A program made the position numbers and the translations under genes. A stretch of 37,370 bases of DNA from a virus (Duplodnaviria > Caudoviricetes), in IMG/VR virus record IMGVR_UViG_3300020045_001670, positions 1 to 37,370 of that record; one strand, 5' to 3'. The notes under the pieces are model-generated. The model was not told where the DNA came from, made no database searches, and saw only the letters and a list, made by a program, of their open reading frames with translations. How positions within the stretch are numbered: position 1 is the first letter of the stretch; every line of letters starts with the position of its first letter. Below, piece after piece: positions 34,970 to 37,370 of the stretch.

Positions 34970-36273
34970 TCACAATACCGTACAAGATGCGGGATGCTTT
35001 TAGAGCATTGCACATGAGGAGGGAACGGTGGGCTGTTGTTGTAGCCCACCGGCGATAATGTGCTGGAAAAACAGTTTCGTGCGTTAACGAGCTAATTAAG
35101 GCCGCGCTTACATTCAAAGGCAATGACGGGCGCTTTGCTTACGTTGCTCCGTTCTACTCGCAAGCTAAGGCGGTAGCATGGGACTACATCAAGCGATATA
35201 GCGCACCAGTGCCGGGGATTGTCATCAATGAGTCTGAATTGCGGGTGACGTATCCTAATGGATGCTCTATCCGCTTATTCGGTGCTGATAATGCTGATGC
35301 ACTCCGTGGCTTGTATTTTGATGGCTTAGTTGCTGACGAATACGGGGACTGGAAGCCTAGCGTATGGGGCTATGTCATTCGCCCCGCACTTGCTGACCGT
35401 CAAGGCTGGGCAGTCATTATTGGTACGCCTAAGGGCCGCAATCAGTTCTGGGAAATCTACGAGCATGCCAAGGTTAACAACGATTGGCTGGCCCTAAGCA
35501 TCAAAGCGAGTGAATCCGGCTTACTGCCTGAGAGCGAACTAGACGCGCTGCGCCTTGAGTTGACTGAGGACGCATGGCGGCAGGAAATGGAGTGCGACTT
35601 CGACGCAGCACTACCGGGCGCGATCTACGGTAAAGAGATATGGCTTGCAGAGCAACAGGGCCGCATCAAGGCTGATCTATACGACCCTGAGTTAAAAGTT
35701 CACGCAGTCCTTGATTTGGGATGGTCGGATGACACCGCTATCTGGTGGTTCCAAGTAGGTAAAGAGCTACGCCTGATTGATTGCTACGCCACGCACGGCC
35801 AGCCTATCAGCCATTACAACGAAGTATTGAAGGCCAAGCCCTACAAGTACGGGGACTGGCTCTATCTTCCGCACGATGCACGGGCTAAGAGCTTGCAAAC
35901 AGGGCGAAGCATTGAGCAGCAGTTCACGGGGCTAGGATGGAAGCCGCGCATTGTCCCCGAGTTGGGATTGATTGACGGTATCCAAGCCTCTCGCCTGACG
36001 CTGGCTGAGTGCTTTATTGACAGCAAGTGTGCTGATGGACTAGACGCGCTCAAGCAGTATCAACGCGAGTATGACGAGGATAAACGGGCATTTAGAGATA
36101 AACCCCGCCATGATTGGACAAGCCACTACGCAGACGCATTCCGCTACGCTTGCTTGGTATGGCGTGAGGAAATGAAGCCAAAACTACCCGAGCCGCCTAA
36201 ATTCGCCACACAACAAACCTTTAATGAGATAATCAAGGCCAACGCAAGACGCAAACGGGACGAATATGCCTAA
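34957..36273 (+). CDS. terL: Terminase large subunit, interrupted by in-frame TAA at 35056-35058
   Basis: One frame from TTG 34957: IPYKMRDAF..H...RWAVVVAHRR*CAGKT..AYVAPFYSQAK; then LRG, Walker B LVADE, coupling motif IGTPKG, nuclease DLG and SHYADAFRY. The ORF-track call (35209) lacks Walker A. Confidence 0.85.
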
Positions 36274-37135
36274 TTCATTGATGGGTGAGCTACAAAGGGC
36301 GCTTAGAGCGATTACAGGCACGGCTCAGAGCTATCAAGGCGACTGGCATGCTTATTTAGATTCCCGAGGCTTTCCCGCTGGACAATGGGATGCACGGGTT
36401 CTTCGTTTTCGTCAAGCCAATTCACCGGAGACAGGCACCGCAGCCGCTGCGCACAATTGGTTCCTGACCAATGGCCCGACATACACAATTAGCCCTTACG
36501 GTTACAACATGACCGCATCGGGGGACTATTTCAGCACTCCCAACGCTGTAGCTAACCAGATTACGGGCAACATTACCCTGATTATTGAATGCTCGCTGAA
36601 TGACTGGACGCCCGCATCAGTAGAAACCCTAGTAGCCAAGGACAACCTTGGAGTAGGTGGGCGCTCTTACGCAGTCAACATCCAGACAAGCGGCAATCCT
36701 CGCTTGAACTACTCTTTGGACGGCACGGCTATTGTCTCTGTGACAGCCTCCGCGCCTATGCCTATCGCTGATGGCATCTCTATCCATTTGGCTGTAGAGC
36801 GTGAATCTGCCACGGGTAAGGTGCGGTTCTACACATCCAAAGATCACGTTGAATGGACGCAGCTCGGAACGGAGCAGACAGGAACCAGCGGGGCTATCTT
36901 TGCTGGCAGTGCTGATCTACAGTTTGGCAACTTGGCAGCATCCTCTTATGCTCTGAACGGCAAAGTGTACGCATCCGAGATTTACACCGGCTTGGCAATC
37001 AGTTCCCCCGCTGGTGCTGTACTGAAGGTGGATTTTGACCCGTTACAGTGGACTAGCGGCGCAACATGGACTTCTACCAAGACCGGCGAAGTCTGGACGA
37101 TCAACGGCAACGCACTCATTTATAAGGCTTCATGA
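36266..37135 (+). CDS. Putative virion accessory protein with LamG/concanavalin-like domain
   Basis: Beta-sandwich pattern ITL..E....DWT...TLVAK...HLAVER...G.VRFY...L.FG....LNGKV....IY; between terL and portal. Confidence 0.55.
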   Translation: MPNSLMGELQRALRAITGTAQSYQGDWHAYLDSRGFPAGQWDARVLRFRQANSPETGTAAAAHNWFLTNGPTYTISPYGYNMTASGDYFSTPNAVANQITGNITLIIECSLNDWTPASVETLVAKDNLGVGGRSYAVNIQTSGNPRLNYSLDGTAIVSVTASAPMPIADGISIHLAVERESATGKVRFYTSKDHVEWTQLGTEQTGTSGAIFAGSADLQFGNLAASSYALNGKVYASEIYTGLAISSPAGAVLKVDFDPLQWTSGATWTSTKTGEVWTINGNALIYKAS

Positions 37136-37370
37136 TGGAAGACAACGGCACACTAGAACGGCCTGAAGACGCAGGCAAAGGCGAAGCTGGCATTGTTAAA
37201 CGCTGGCTCTTGGAGTTGAAGCTGGCAGACAAGCGAGAGGAAGATTGGCGCAAGAAGGCCGAGAAAACCCTTAAACGCTATCGCCAGAAAGAGGTGAAGC
37301 GCCACAGTTTTAACATTTTGTGGTCTAACACTGAGACGCTGCGCCCAGCGAACTACAACAGCCTGCCAAA
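37132..37370 (+). CDS. Portal protein N-terminus (runs off the window end)
   Basis: RWLLELKLADKREEDWRKKAEK..KRYR....FNILWSNTETLRPA.YNS.P, open to the end of the window; ATGA-coupled. Confidence 0.8.
   Translation, partial: MMEDNGTLERPEDAGKGEAGIVKRWLLELKLADKREEDWRKKAEKTLKRYRQKEVKRHSFNILWSNTETLRPANYNSLP

Noticed and set aside
35056-35058. Genome-wide TAA reassignment (alternative genetic code)
   Set aside because: TAA terminates many genes normally here (scaffold, lysozyme, terS, terL itself)
35058-35087. TAATG-coupled restart ORF (MCWKNSFVR) after the terL stop
   Set aside because: Out of frame, 9 codons, no terminase similarity
35209-36273. ORF-track terL start at GTG 35209
   Set aside because: It would omit the adenine-binding region and Walker A; the terminase-like frame extends back to 34957 across the TAA

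Overview
The window is a near-complete, circularly permuted ~37 kb tailed-phage genome with podovirus-like morphogenesis genes and a lambdoid-like early region. The portal gene is split across the window ends (37132..37370 joins 112..1953). Bases 1-115 are an inverted copy of 36972-37086 and are probably an amplification or assembly chimera. Gene order: portal, head accessory proteins, scaffold, major capsid, adaptor/nozzle, three ejection-type proteins, tail fibre, lysis, a leftward recombination operon (SSB-like, Gp157-like, Rad52-like), divergent promoters, a rightward operon (DNA methylase, MazG-like, YdaU-type replication protein, Nin-like genes), a structured non-coding cluster, terS, HNH, terL. 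I recognised no integrase or CI-like repressor. The main finding is that the essential terminase large subunit carries a 6-nt insert beginning with a TAA stop (CGA-[TAA TGT]-GCT) inside its Walker A motif. The insert follows a perfect 9-bp hairpin and lies just downstream of a free-standing HNH endonuclease. Skipping exactly those 6 nt restores HRRAGKT, which suggests a minimal ribosomal stop-hop/bypass element coupled to a homing endonuclease. Also notable are seven promoter modules sharing a TAGGG-N4-CCCTA palindrome, several structured RNA elements, a head-associated polysaccharide deacetylase with an inserted domain, and an unannotated antisense membrane microprotein. Family assignments come from motif recognition and synteny only; no database search was run.
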